A DNA stretch of 61,808 nucleotides, counting the filler, from Stramenopiles sp. TOSAG23-2 (taxonomy: Eukaryota), in the NCBI GenBank assembly GCA_900128395.1. It is 6 parts of 6 records of this genome, joined end to end, with 100 filler letters (N's around TTAATTAATTAA, not from the genome) between each part and the next. Parts side by side here need not be neighbours in the genome. Positions count along the whole stretch, not along the records: positions 31,115 to 41,297 come from LT650037.1; positions 41,398 to 51,564 come from LT650038.1; 4 more parts are not named here. The stretch is one strand, 5' to 3'. Shown here piece after piece: positions 34,866 through 45,707 of the stretch. The notes under the pieces are model-generated. The model was not told the origin of the DNA, did not search any database, and worked only from the letters and a program-made list of their open reading frames with translations. Each line of letters starts with the position of its first letter. Within the stretch, counting starts at the first letter, position 1. The position numbers and the translations under genes were made by a program.

Positions 34866-35975
34866 CTACCTTCCCCGACCGTGGCTCATATTAACTCGCT
34901 TAGCACTTCCAAGCATTTTTTTTTGTGTCAACATTAAATCTTTTAACTGTGCTTTTAAAATTGCATTTTCGCGTTTTAATTTAATAAATGGTGCAAACTT
35001 ATTTCCAAGACTCTCTTCATTTTCTCCAGTTTTATGCTTGCCATCATCATATTTTTTCTTGTATACATTTATTTGTTGTAATAGCTCTTTTATCTTATTT
35101 GTTAATTCTTCTATTTTTTGTTCCAATTTTACAATAGTTGCTTTTAATCTAGCTTCATTAGATTCTTTCAATGAAAGATCATTTTGTAGTTTGGTTTCAT
35201 TTTTTTTCCTTTCTTGTAATTCCACCTTCATCAATTTAATTTGATCGTTCAATGTTGCGCTATTCACGGACTCTTTATCACTATTATGCTGCAATGCTTC
35301 ACTTAACTTTTTAATTTTTGTTTCCATTTCTACTATTTGACTTGATTTTACTTTATCTTTTTTGACCATGTCCATATATTTACTTTTATACAAATTCATT
35401 TCATTTATTATTTTATCAACGTCACCATTTTCATTTTGTAAACTTTCCAGCTTTTTTATTTTTTCTTCTAATGTAAAAACTAGCCGTTTATGTTCTTCTA
35501 ATTCATTTTCAGCATTGCGTAAATCCTCGACTGATGATAATAATTGTGCTCGCCTATTGGTTCCTTGCTGTTCCAGTTGTCCTTCCAAATCGACAATTGT
35601 ATGTCGATATTCCTTACTTTTTTCTTCGGCTTGCGATAATAACGTCTTTAAATCGTTAATTTGTCTTAAAAAATTTATTTTATTGTCATGAAATTGCTGC
35701 TCTGATTTAGCATGAGATCTTCGTAGTTCTAATAACGTCTCGTTAACATCATTTAATTGACTGGCTAAGCGACTATTTTCAAATTGCAATCGTTCAATTT
35801 GTACTGATTCTAATGACTCAGGTGAAGTAGGATTATTATTCTCTTGAGTATTATTATTATTAGTTTCTAATTGTTTTTTCAAACGTTTATTTTCTTCTAC
35901 TAATTTGTTTAAAGCTTCTAAAGTTCGTATATGTTTGCTCCTTAGCTTCTCCGCCGTAGCAGACATAGATGCCAT
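34866..35975 (-). CDS. Hypothetical coiled-coil protein
   Basis: 369-aa ORF with ATG start and E/K/L-rich heptads throughout. Confidence 0.75.
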   Translation of the reverse strand: MASMSATAEKLRSKHIRTLEALNKLVEENKRLKKQLETNNNNTQENNNPTSPESLESVQIERLQFENSRLASQLNDVNETLLELRRSHAKSEQQFHDNKINFLRQINDLKTLLSQAEEKSKEYRHTIVDLEGQLEQQGTNRRAQLLSSVEDLRNAENELEEHKRLVFTLEEKIKKLESLQNENGDVDKIINEMNLYKSKYMDMVKKDKVKSSQIVEMETKIKKLSEALQHNSDKESVNSATLNDQIKLMKVELQERKKNETKLQNDLSLKESNEARLKATIVKLEQKIEELTNKIKELLQQINVYKKKYDDGKHKTGENEESLGNKFAPFIKLKRENAILKAQLKDLMLTQKKMLGSAKRVNMSHGRGR

Positions 35976-36639
35976 GTTTCTTTAAAATATATATGTGTCA
36001 GTTTATTTGATAACTATTCGACTATTTTGGATAATTTACTTGTTGTATAAATAAGTTGATTATATATCCAAGTGTTGTTTGTTTATGTTTGTTCATTCTT
36101 CACTTCAATCTGATTTAATCATATAACGTGCACTTCTTGTATAATATTTTATGATATTATACTTGCACACTTGTATTATTATTACTGTATTATTTTAATT
36201 GCACATAACACAACACATAACTGTACCAGGTAGAAAAAAAGTAAATCCCTTAATAATAATTATTATTATTTTGATAGTATCCATATTGTATACTTTTGGC
36301 TTATATTATTATACCACATATATTTCCCTTAAAAATCGTAATTTCATTCTTTGACCACACAGCAGCGCAGCGTGCCTGCCGGGCCTGGGGTTTTTTTCTG
36401 CAATAATTCGTACTAGCAACACTAGGTGGTAATCCTTATACTAATTCCTGGCTAAAAAATAATAATAATTACAACAAATAAATTATTTAAATTGAATGGA
36501 GTGATAGAAATATATAAAAATGAAATAAAATACTTGTAAAAGAAGAAGATTCACATTACAGTACCTTTCGTTTCAAAAGATAGAACTAGAGACATATTAG
36601 TATTATTAATTATTTGGAAACTGAATTAGGTGGAGAATC

Positions 36640-39600
36640 ATGGCCTTTAACAATAATAGATATGCGAATAATCAACCTCCTATTACTAATAATAATAATA
36701 ATAATAGGTATAACAACCCACCACAAATGAATAGTAATTTTAACTATAATAATAGTAATAACAATATCAATCCGAGACCACCACAAAATAATCTGTATCC
36801 TTCTCGTAATAATATGATACCACGTGGTCCACCCCCAATACATAATAATTATGGTAGACCGCCATCAACAGTTAATAGTTATATAAACAATAATAGTAAC
36901 AAAAATAATAAGGCAATGATGACGTCTGCCCGTGGTCCACCGCCGCCAGTGAATAATAATCTTGCAAGACCTCCAGTTCCAGTATATAATGGTCGTCCTC
37001 TGATGCAACAGCCACCTCCCATGAATAATAATACATTTGGTAGACCTCCACCTTCTCAAAATAATAATCAAGTAAATATGAACAATAGCGTGTTATCTGG
37101 TCCACCACCGCAACAACAGCAACGCAATAATAATTTTGGTCCACCACCGCAACAACAACAACGCAATAATAATTTTGGTCCACCATCATCTCATCCACCA
37201 ATATTTGGCACTCAACAACAAAATGGTTCTCATATTAATAATGCGCCTCCTCCACAAATGATGAAGCAACCGCCGATAGTTGGGACGCAACCACCTATAG
37301 TCGGTGCGCCACGAGCAAATTATAATAATAATATGAACAAACCGCCTATTCGGACTACAAACAGAAATAATAATGCTCCCCCTCCTGTATCAAGTAGTAC
37401 AAATGATAATAATAAACGCAATAATAAAGTTGATAATAGAAATAGTCGTACGAATAGTAATCCAAGACGTCGTAGTTCAAGAGATAATCGGATTGATCCA
37501 AAACAAATTCCAAGGCCTATTTTTAGCTCATCTGTATCCACCTACAAAACAAATTCTACCAAATCTTTGATTCCGACTGCATTATCTCCATATGAAGTTG
37601 TAGATTTAGGTGGTACCAGTCCACGATTTTGTAGAATGTCGATGAAAAACATTCCAAGGCAAAAAGAACTTTTAAAAACTTGCGGCATTCCATTTGGTGC
37701 AATGATTCGTCCTATTGCACCGGCACAACATAACGAGGATGGAGTTTCAAGGGTTGATTTTAGGGAAGGGAATGGGCCAATTCGCTGTGAACGATGTGGT
37801 GCTTTTGTGAGTTCCTTTTGTACTTTTGAAAATGATGGTGCTACTTGGAATTGTAAAATTTGCAATCGTTCAAACAATGTTCCACCATCCTACAAAAGTC
37901 CACTTGATGCATATGGGCATCGGTATGATAAAAATGATAGACCGGAACTAAGCAAAGGGACGGTGGAATATTTGGTACCTAAACAATATTCAATAAGGCC
38001 TTTGCAAGAAAATATTTATCTCATATTGATAGATGTATCTTTGGAATCATTGCAATCTGGCTTATTTCAAAGTATTATAAGTAACATCAAATTTTATATC
38101 GAAAATGAAGAAATATTTAACAGAAATCACGAAAATACTAAAATTGGTATTGTCACATATGACTCTCAAGTACATTTTTATAATGTGAATAATAGAGGTG
38201 AGGATATCCCAGTAATAACAATGTCAGATGTACAAGATCCATTTGCACCATTACCAGCATCTGCATTTTTGATCAACGTGAAAAGAAATAAGGAACGGAT
38301 AGAACAATTATTGGACATGTTGATTGACATATTTATAGGTGACCCAACTGCAGAGAAGAAGGGTGATGACGACGACAATGATAATGGTGCTGGTAGTGGA
38401 TTATACCGCGGCCCTAGTTACTTAAAAAATGGAAATGCATTTGGTGCAGCAATTACAGCTGCTGCAAAAGGTTTGGATGTACTCGGTGGGAGAATTGTCG
38501 CTTTTCAATCTTCCTTGCCATCAGTCGGCGTTGGTGCTATGAAAAATCGTGAAGATGTACGTGTATATGGTAGAAAAGGTGAAGTAACTATGTGGTTTCC
38601 AGATGCAAATCAACCTGCATACAAAAAATTAGGTCAATATTGTGTAGAAAAGCAAATATCTGTTGATTTAATTTCATGCTGTAATGGTCATGATCAACAA
38701 AAAAGCAACGGTACCAAACCTGCTGTTACGAGCTCATTTGCGGACGTAGCTACTATTGGTACCATATCCAAATTAACCGGTGGTGATGTTTTAAACTTTT
38801 CATCGTTTAATATTAAAAGTAAGCGTAATACGGAACGATTGAAACGGGAAATGTTAAGAATATTAACAAATGATGTTGCGTTAGAATCTGTATTGAAAAT
38901 TCGTTGCAGCGAGGGCTTGCGACCAGTTGCAATACATGGTTGCGGTGTAGCTAAAACAAATAGCGAAACAAATATTCCAGTAGTGAAAGAGGATACCGCA
39001 TTTTGTGCAACGTTTGAATATACGCAAGATTTACCAGAGAATGAATCTACTGCCTATCTTCAAATATCTTTTTTATATACTACTACAACTGGTGAAAGGG
39101 TCGTCCGTGTATTTAATATTGTCTTGTCATTGACATCGCAATTAAGTAGCGTATTTCGCCATTCAAATATTGATGTTGTAACGAATTTACTTTGTAAAAA
39201 AGCGTTGAGTAAAATTGATTCAGAAACTTCCTTAACAACAGTGAGGGAAGCGATGTTAAAACGATGTATTAAGATATTGCATGCATATCGCAAATTTTGC
39301 GCTACAGCATCTTCATCTGGTCAATTAATTTTACCGGAAGCATTGAAATTCCTACCATTGCTTGCGCTTGCATTGAGGAAAAGCGTATGGCTGCGTTCCA
39401 ATAAAGCCATGGATCCTAACCCAGAAATAAATGCAGATTCACGCGCTACCGCCATTTTAAATTTGCAGTCATCCAGTGCACCATTGTTTACATCTACGTT
39501 ATATCCATTTTTATTTTGTTTAAATGGTATAACTGAGAAAGATGGCACAAGGCGTACTGTCGATGAAACAACCACACGACGATACGCTGATAAATATGTT

Positions 39601-40038
39601 TTGCCAAAACCAGATTATCCATCTTCTGAAAATTTATCGGAAGATGGTCTTGTTTTACTGGTAGCTGGTCTAGATATATATTTCTGGGTTGGTAGAAAGG
39701 TAGATCGTACAATTATACAGCATTTATTTGGAATGTTTGATTTACCAACAAATCCACGTCGATTGAGTCGCATTGATTTTCATAGAAGAGAAAATGATTT
39801 ATCTCAACGTATACATAACATTATCGATTGTGTGAAAAGACGATTGTATACAGATGTAAATCGTTTTAGAACACACATTGTGTTGCAAAGCGAAGGTATG
39901 AGTAAATCGAACAATGCTTTGGAAAATACATTTTTATCCTATTTAATAGAGGATAAAACTCGACATGGAATGTCACATGTTGAAATGTTATGCCATGTAC
40001 ATAAAAAAATACAACAAAAAATGAATGAGTATGATTAA
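36640..40038 (+). CDS. SEC24: COPII coat subunit Sec24 (Sec24C/D-like)
   Basis: Pro-rich N-terminus, RIDPKQIPRP, zinc finger CERC..CKIC, RPELSKGTVEY, vWA trunk, RCSEGL, SSGQLILPEALKFLPL and a gelsolin-like C-terminus. Confidence 0.96.
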   Translation: MAFNNNRYANNQPPITNNNNNNRYNNPPQMNSNFNYNNSNNNINPRPPQNNLYPSRNNMIPRGPPPIHNNYGRPPSTVNSYINNNSNKNNKAMMTSARGPPPPVNNNLARPPVPVYNGRPLMQQPPPMNNNTFGRPPPSQNNNQVNMNNSVLSGPPPQQQQRNNNFGPPPQQQQRNNNFGPPSSHPPIFGTQQQNGSHINNAPPPQMMKQPPIVGTQPPIVGAPRANYNNNMNKPPIRTTNRNNNAPPPVSSSTNDNNKRNNKVDNRNSRTNSNPRRRSSRDNRIDPKQIPRPIFSSSVSTYKTNSTKSLIPTALSPYEVVDLGGTSPRFCRMSMKNIPRQKELLKTCGIPFGAMIRPIAPAQHNEDGVSRVDFREGNGPIRCERCGAFVSSFCTFENDGATWNCKICNRSNNVPPSYKSPLDAYGHRYDKNDRPELSKGTVEYLVPKQYSIRPLQENIYLILIDVSLESLQSGLFQSIISNIKFYIENEEIFNRNHENTKIGIVTYDSQVHFYNVNNRGEDIPVITMSDVQDPFAPLPASAFLINVKRNKERIEQLLDMLIDIFIGDPTAEKKGDDDDNDNGAGSGLYRGPSYLKNGNAFGAAITAAAKGLDVLGGRIVAFQSSLPSVGVGAMKNREDVRVYGRKGEVTMWFPDANQPAYKKLGQYCVEKQISVDLISCCNGHDQQKSNGTKPAVTSSFADVATIGTISKLTGGDVLNFSSFNIKSKRNTERLKREMLRILTNDVALESVLKIRCSEGLRPVAIHGCGVAKTNSETNIPVVKEDTAFCATFEYTQDLPENESTAYLQISFLYTTTTGERVVRVFNIVLSLTSQLSSVFRHSNIDVVTNLLCKKALSKIDSETSLTTVREAMLKRCIKILHAYRKFCATASSSGQLILPEALKFLPLLALALRKSVWLRSNKAMDPNPEINADSRATAILNLQSSSAPLFTSTLYPFLFCLNGITEKDGTRRTVDETTTRRYADKYVLPKPDYPSSENLSEDGLVLLVAGLDIYFWVGRKVDRTIIQHLFGMFDLPTNPRRLSRIDFHRRENDLSQRIHNIIDCVKRRLYTDVNRFRTHIVLQSEGMSKSNNALENTFLSYLIEDKTRHGMSHVEMLCHVHKKIQQKMNEYD

Positions 40039-40648
40039 AAAGAGAGATGGGGGTATTGACGTTGTAAAAAAAAACCTCTTGTGGTACAAAAATTTAAAAA
40101 TAAAATATATGGTTGTACTCGTACGGAAACATTTAGCTTTTCCAAACCCCGTATATATTATGTTCTCCTATTTTTTACGACACTCCATATATTATCATAC
40201 TGGCATGCCCTGTTTTAAAAAGTATCACAAAAAAAGTATTCGTACATTTTTGACAGTAGCTAATTTCATAATAGAGGCCGTTGCTCTGTTTCTGCCATCG
40301 ACCGCCGCCTTCTGTTTCGCTAAAGAGAGGTGCAGGGCTAACCCCAGCTAACTTGTGCATGAATTATTCGATTTACAGATTTGCTATTATTTTCTTCCGG
40401 TAAAAATAACTGATGAAAGCATTGAGATATCATTGGAAACCGAAGAGATCTGGGAGATACAAGGTTTAGATATTATAAATAGATAAAGGTATGCACTAAA
40501 AAGTATTACAGTAGGTCAACAGCACTACACAGGATATTATTATTAATATGATATATGAAATAAATATGTATAATATATCATAAGATAATCCATGTGGACA
40601 CATCACATGAACATATACGCATATAAAATAACATATTGGTATATAATC

Positions 40649-40679
<31 letters not shown>

Positions 40680-40747
40680 AAAGATATTTTCATTCTCTGA
40701 AACCTTCAATTGGATTTTCTATTTATCGATAATACAGTGTTTAAAAC

Positions 40748-40900
40748 ATGTCCGTTTCAATTAAAGTTGCTATTCGATGTCGTCCATTTACATGTGATGA
40801 TAAGCTTGGTGTTAATTTACAACAAGAAAAAGAAGAAGATGGTGCAAGCACAGTTGAAAAAAGCCAAAAAATTGGATGCAAGCTTGAATGGTTAAAGTAA
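40748..40900 (+). pseudogene. Isolated fragment of a kinesin motor N-terminus (50 aa)
   Basis: MSVSIKVAIRCRPFTCDDKLGV matches the kinesin IKVAVRxRP start motif. No further motor motifs (no P-loop) follow before the contig end. Confidence 0.6.
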
Positions 40901-41112
40901 TAAACTAAAGTGTTTTTAATACTTTGGTTGTCGTATCGTAAACGATACGCACGAAGGAATCTGTGTATAATGATATTAATGACACAGAGTGCGGCTTTTT
41001 TAAAAAAATAAAAATTAATACGCGTCGTAAATGTGTATACACACACACACAGTGTGCACACACAATAAATAAAATATAAAAAAATATCATCATATATCAT
41101 TAATATATATAT

Positions 41113-41240
41113 AATTTTCTCTTACTCGTATATATTATGTAAATTTCTTTTTTTTACTCCCGGAAGTTAACATCTCAAATAAAAAATGATTTTAAATACT
41201 CATTTATTATAATGATATATCATACTTCGTATATTAAAAT
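41113..41240 (-). repeat. Inverted copy of the 6664-6870 dispersed repeat
   Basis: The reverse complement reads ...ATAATAAATGAGTATTTAAAATCATTTTT..TTTGAGATGTTAACTTCCGGGAGTAAAA..GAAATTTACATAATA..GAGTAAGAGAAAAT. Confidence 0.8.
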
Positions 41241-41297
41241 AAAATTAAATATACGATTTCGTAAAATATATTATTTTTTATAATACGTAACACTACA

Positions 41298-41397
41298 NNN
41301 NNNNNNNNNNNNNNNNNNNNNNNNNNNNNNNNNNNNNNNNNTTAATTAATTAANNNNNNNNNNNNNNNNNNNNNNNNNNNNNNNNNNNNNNNNNNNN
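41298..41397. other. Artificial contig-joining spacer
   Basis: N44-TTAATTAATTAA-N44. Confidence 0.98.
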
Positions 41398-41399
41398 AA

Positions 41400-42524
41400 G
41401 GTGTCTCTAACCATCCATTACGGGGCTTGAAAATGGGGCCATTTGAAGGTGGTATTCGTAGTGTTGCAATGATTTCTGGTGGGCATCCACAAGTTTTGAA
41501 ACATGCTGGGACTATTTCCAATTCTATGATGCATGCAGTTGATATCCATACGTTATTGTTGCATATGGGTCAAGGAAATCCGAATTTTGTTCGCCCGGGG
41601 CTGCCATTGAAAAAATTGGATGGAATAAATGGTGAAGCCTTGTGGAAAGCCATAGTAAATGATGCTGTTGCAAATGACGATTCCATAAATAGTTCACCTA
41701 GAAAGGAATTCATTGCATTGCTTGACCCTTTAGGTCAGTATCCGAGTATATTAAAAGCTTCAAATCATGTTTTACTTGGTATATGCTCCGCCATTCGCTC
41801 TAGTAAATGGAAATTAATTGCAGGTAAACCTGGAAGGGATGATTGGTACGGAGATGATCCAAAAAAATGTTTTACCCATTTAGCACATGAAGGTACGTTG
41901 ACGGTGCCACCATTTGAAAATGAATATTGCATGCGTGGCGATTACAGATACGAATGGATCGGGAACAAAGCTGATTTTGTACCAAAAGATACTTGGTTAT
42001 TTGATATTGAAAATGATCCAGAGGAAAAATATGATTTATCTGAGCAATATCCCGATGTTGTAAAACGTTTGAAGGCAAGGTTAGAATTGGAACATAGTGA
42101 AGCGGTTGATCCTTTGCCAGATCGTTGGGCGTCTATGATTGCCATGATGAAAGGTAATTATGCCCTCCCGTCGCCAGGTGGAGGTTATGAAGCTGGATTA
42201 AGCCATTGGATGGAACCAGAACATATTGCAAATGTCAATTTTTTTCGCAAAGCATATGCGTGGGTACGACTCACTGCAGTAGATATAGGGTCAATATTTT
42301 TTGCGCCACAATTGCAAGTGCATAAAAATCCAACATCAGCTGGTCTAGATGAAATGTTGATGTCGAAAATAGAAGTAATGGATATTTCAGATGCATTAAA
42401 ATTAGCATATGGATTGAAGAAGAGTGAAAAATTTACAACTTTGCAACTGCAACGTATTTATCATAATTTGCAATTATTACAAGAGCAATATGGTTTGAGT
42501 GAAAATGTACGTGCAAAAATGTAA
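41400..42524 (+). CDS. Arylsulfatase (ARSB-like, S1 sulfatase), 5'-truncated
   Basis: SNHPLRGLKMGPFEGGIRS, MHAVDIHTLL, LDGIN, AIRSSKWKLI and WLFDIENDPEEKYDLSEQYPDVV. The catalytic N-terminal half is missing at the contig edge. Confidence 0.88.
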   Translation, partial: GVSNHPLRGLKMGPFEGGIRSVAMISGGHPQVLKHAGTISNSMMHAVDIHTLLLHMGQGNPNFVRPGLPLKKLDGINGEALWKAIVNDAVANDDSINSSPRKEFIALLDPLGQYPSILKASNHVLLGICSAIRSSKWKLIAGKPGRDDWYGDDPKKCFTHLAHEGTLTVPPFENEYCMRGDYRYEWIGNKADFVPKDTWLFDIENDPEEKYDLSEQYPDVVKRLKARLELEHSEAVDPLPDRWASMIAMMKGNYALPSPGGGYEAGLSHWMEPEHIANVNFFRKAYAWVRLTAVDIGSIFFAPQLQVHKNPTSAGLDEMLMSKIEVMDISDALKLAYGLKKSEKFTTLQLQRIYHNLQLLQEQYGLSENVRAKM

Positions 42525-43073
42525 AAAATATGTGTACGGGTTGGATAATTTTTTGTTAAAAATGTGCATCATAAGAAGCAATTTTTTTTGTACCGACGGT
42601 AATAATATGTTATAGCCGATATACGATCTTTTATATATTTTAAATATCATCTATGTATCACACATATCAAATCAGTCTGAAGTTAGATTCTGCGTGGATT
42701 GTGCGATTCTCCCGAAAAATCCCAGAAAAAAATTTCTGAAAATTTCACAAATTTTCCTAAGTACAATTAATAGTAGTATTTAAGTAAACTAATTCTCTAT
42801 TAAAATCACGCGGCCTCTAAAAAAGAGATAAGTTTCACTTCACCCTCCTCTAGAAAACGGATAGATATAATTACATATAATCTTCAATACAAAAATATAA
42901 TATAGTCTATATATGAAGAAGAATGAAAAGAAGTAGAAAATACATTATTTCATCTTCAAGTCAAATTACAAATAGAACATTCAACCACTTAATAAATTCT
43001 TTATAATTTAAATAGAACGTAACGTAATCAAAAAAAACATTTATATCAATCCTATTATCCTATTAAAACTAAT

Positions 43074-45320
43074 ATGTGGAAAGCAGGTTTAGCTAATTTT
43101 GATGATATTAAAAATGACCATCAACAAGGTAATGAAAGTGCAAGGTCAACATATAGTTTATCTAGAAGTAGGCGTGATAAATTAACTGCTGTTTTGGAAA
43201 AACAAAATTCAAAGCCTAGAATTCAAACAAAACGTGCTAAATATAGAAATCCACCAATCCAAGAAAAATTTCGTGGTAGCAGGAGTAATAGTAGAAGAAG
43301 TAACAATTCTAGAAGAAGTCGATATAGTGGTAATAATGTGAATAATAATAGTAATAATAGTTATAGCAGAAATAATAAACGTAACAAAGGTAATAATATT
43401 AGTAATAATGGTAGATCGCGTTTAAGGCAAGAAACACATTTACCAATACCTGAGAATAAATCAATAATAGATGAACGAAATACTAATACTGGCATGCAAA
43501 TTATTATCCCTGAGCCTATATTTTTTAATGGCTTAAATTCAATTGAACGGCCACAATGGTCACTAACAGAAACTGAAGATAAGACAACTTTTGGCATATC
43601 CTTTTGGATTCGACCGTCGCCAACTTTAGGAGCAAAAATGACAAATAGGGCAGAGAAATACACAAAAAGACGAATGCTTGGGAACAATATTAACATGCCA
43701 TCTGGATCGACTAGCCCATTCAATGAAAAAGGCATAGATTTATCTGGTAGCGAATGGAGAGTTGTTTGTTGTAGGCGTGGTGCTAGGGAAATTGATTCTA
43801 TTTTACGCATGCAACAATATGGTAATTATGATGAAGAATTACGATATGGTAATAACCGTAAAAAAATTGGAGTTGATCCAGGGGAATTATGTACACCAAT
43901 GTTGCAATTAAGCGCACGAACATGTCAATTGCAATTGTATGTATGGACAAATGAAAATCCTATCAAACCTGCAGGAAGATTAATGACCAATGATAAGTGT
44001 CCATATGGAATATGGACCCATGTGACTATTGCATTACATAAAAATGTTGCAAAAATTTATTTAAATGGAAGGCTTGATGTGGAAGCAAGTTTCAATGATA
44101 ATGTATACTTACCAGAAGCGTCGTTACTGCTTGGTCGTGGTACCTTAGAAAAAAAAAACAAAGATCGAAATAATGATAATAATAGCAGTTATGCTCTATC
44201 TGTTGCATCTAGTCGTATGAGTACGGCTGACTTTGTAAATGGCGGGGGTGATTCTACGTCACGCACATCGAATAATCCATATGACAACGCAGATGATGAT
44301 CCAGAAGGTTTTGTCGGGTTTTTATCAAATGTGGCATTACATGCCAAAAGAATTAGTAGTGGCAATGCACAAGCCATGGTAAAGGATGGTGAAACTCCAC
44401 TTGAGCCAGTGGAACAAGATGAATGGAGTTTGCTGGTCAATGTGAGTAAGCAATTGCAAGATGAGCAAGAAAAGAAAAAGCGAGAACGTTTATTAAAAAT
44501 TAAAGCAGAGCAGAAAAAGGTATTAGATGAACAAGTTGCCTATTTGAAAAAAAAGCGAGCGGAAGATATTAAAGCGGAGCGAGAAGCTGATTTAAGACAT
44601 TTAGCACAATACAATGCGGGAGGGGATCAATTAAAAAAACAAATTGCAAAGGAAAAGTTGATAAAACTAAGAGCTGCAAAGAAAGAAATGGAAGAACAAA
44701 GGCGTTTAGAACGAATCAAACGTGATCATAAAGAACGGGAGGAAATGATACGTGATAAAGAGGATATGGAAATTTTACAAAAACAGATTAAAGAAGCATC
44801 TTTGGCGCAAAAAAACGAGAGACGAAATAAACGGGATACATCTAAGAAAATGATGGCATCATATGCAGTATTGATGGAAGAGAAAAAAATTAAGGAAGAA
44901 CAATTTCGCATGTTGGAAGAGCGTGACAGGGAAATGGCAGAAAGAGATGCAAGAAAGACAATACAATTAGAGACTGCTAGAAAAAAGAAAAAACATTATG
45001 ATCAAGTTCAATATCGTAGAGAATTGGCGGATCAAGTGAAAATGAAAAAAGCACAAAATGCTAGTAAATATCATTTGTCCGAACAAGAACGGACTATAAA
45101 TAGACGCTATTTGCAAGAAATTATTGAAGGGCAAAGGGATGGTAACATTGCAGGGGGTAGCAATTGGGAAGGATCACAATATAGCTTTGGTCCACAGACA
45201 GGCAGATCGCAAATTAGACAATCCGGTCGAAGAGGTTATAATTATGAGAGTCCACAACGAGGTTCTGCTACTTTGAGTAAGCAGAAATTAGATGCATTAA
45301 AACGTATGTTGAATGAATAA
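43074..45320 (+). CDS. Protein with a LamG/concanavalin A-like domain and a long charged coiled-coil C-terminus
   Basis: FGISFWIRP..WTHVTIAL....KIYLNGRLD..LLLG..GFVGFLSNVALH, followed by an E/K/R-rich helix ending in YRRELADQV and LSEQERTINRRYL. Confidence 0.7.
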   Translation: MWKAGLANFDDIKNDHQQGNESARSTYSLSRSRRDKLTAVLEKQNSKPRIQTKRAKYRNPPIQEKFRGSRSNSRRSNNSRRSRYSGNNVNNNSNNSYSRNNKRNKGNNISNNGRSRLRQETHLPIPENKSIIDERNTNTGMQIIIPEPIFFNGLNSIERPQWSLTETEDKTTFGISFWIRPSPTLGAKMTNRAEKYTKRRMLGNNINMPSGSTSPFNEKGIDLSGSEWRVVCCRRGAREIDSILRMQQYGNYDEELRYGNNRKKIGVDPGELCTPMLQLSARTCQLQLYVWTNENPIKPAGRLMTNDKCPYGIWTHVTIALHKNVAKIYLNGRLDVEASFNDNVYLPEASLLLGRGTLEKKNKDRNNDNNSSYALSVASSRMSTADFVNGGGDSTSRTSNNPYDNADDDPEGFVGFLSNVALHAKRISSGNAQAMVKDGETPLEPVEQDEWSLLVNVSKQLQDEQEKKKRERLLKIKAEQKKVLDEQVAYLKKKRAEDIKAEREADLRHLAQYNAGGDQLKKQIAKEKLIKLRAAKKEMEEQRRLERIKRDHKEREEMIRDKEDMEILQKQIKEASLAQKNERRNKRDTSKKMMASYAVLMEEKKIKEEQFRMLEERDREMAERDARKTIQLETARKKKKHYDQVQYRRELADQVKMKKAQNASKYHLSEQERTINRRYLQEIIEGQRDGNIAGGSNWEGSQYSFGPQTGRSQIRQSGRRGYNYESPQRGSATLSKQKLDALKRMLNE

Positions 45321-45707
45321 AAAAATTTTAATTAGCGTATGATGATATGATTATATTTGTGTTATATTTTTATAATTAAACATGCATATAACTATATGTG
45401 ATATATCTGATATCTCGCGTACGTCATATGATATACGAATAAATATAATATCATGTATAATTTAATTAGTGTGCATATAACTCTTATTTTTAAATTTACA
45501 CATGATAATTCCTACTCTCCAGATACGTCGTACGATATCGTATGATATCATAAAAATTGTACGTACGAAGTAAATATGACATGCATGATGACATATCATA
45601 CTAAAAAATATTTTATTATTTCTTATAAAATTTAATACTCCATCATGTACATAATGTACACATGTACGCACTAGCAACTTCTATATTTCAATTTTACAGG
45701 TCATCAT

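Noticed and set aside
36361-36398. GC-rich stretch plus T-run resembling a bacterial intrinsic terminator
   Set aside because: Weak stem, located in a eukaryotic divergent upstream region.
40025-40360. Short ORFs on both strands downstream of Sec24
   Set aside because: No recognisable motifs; cannot be supported as genes.
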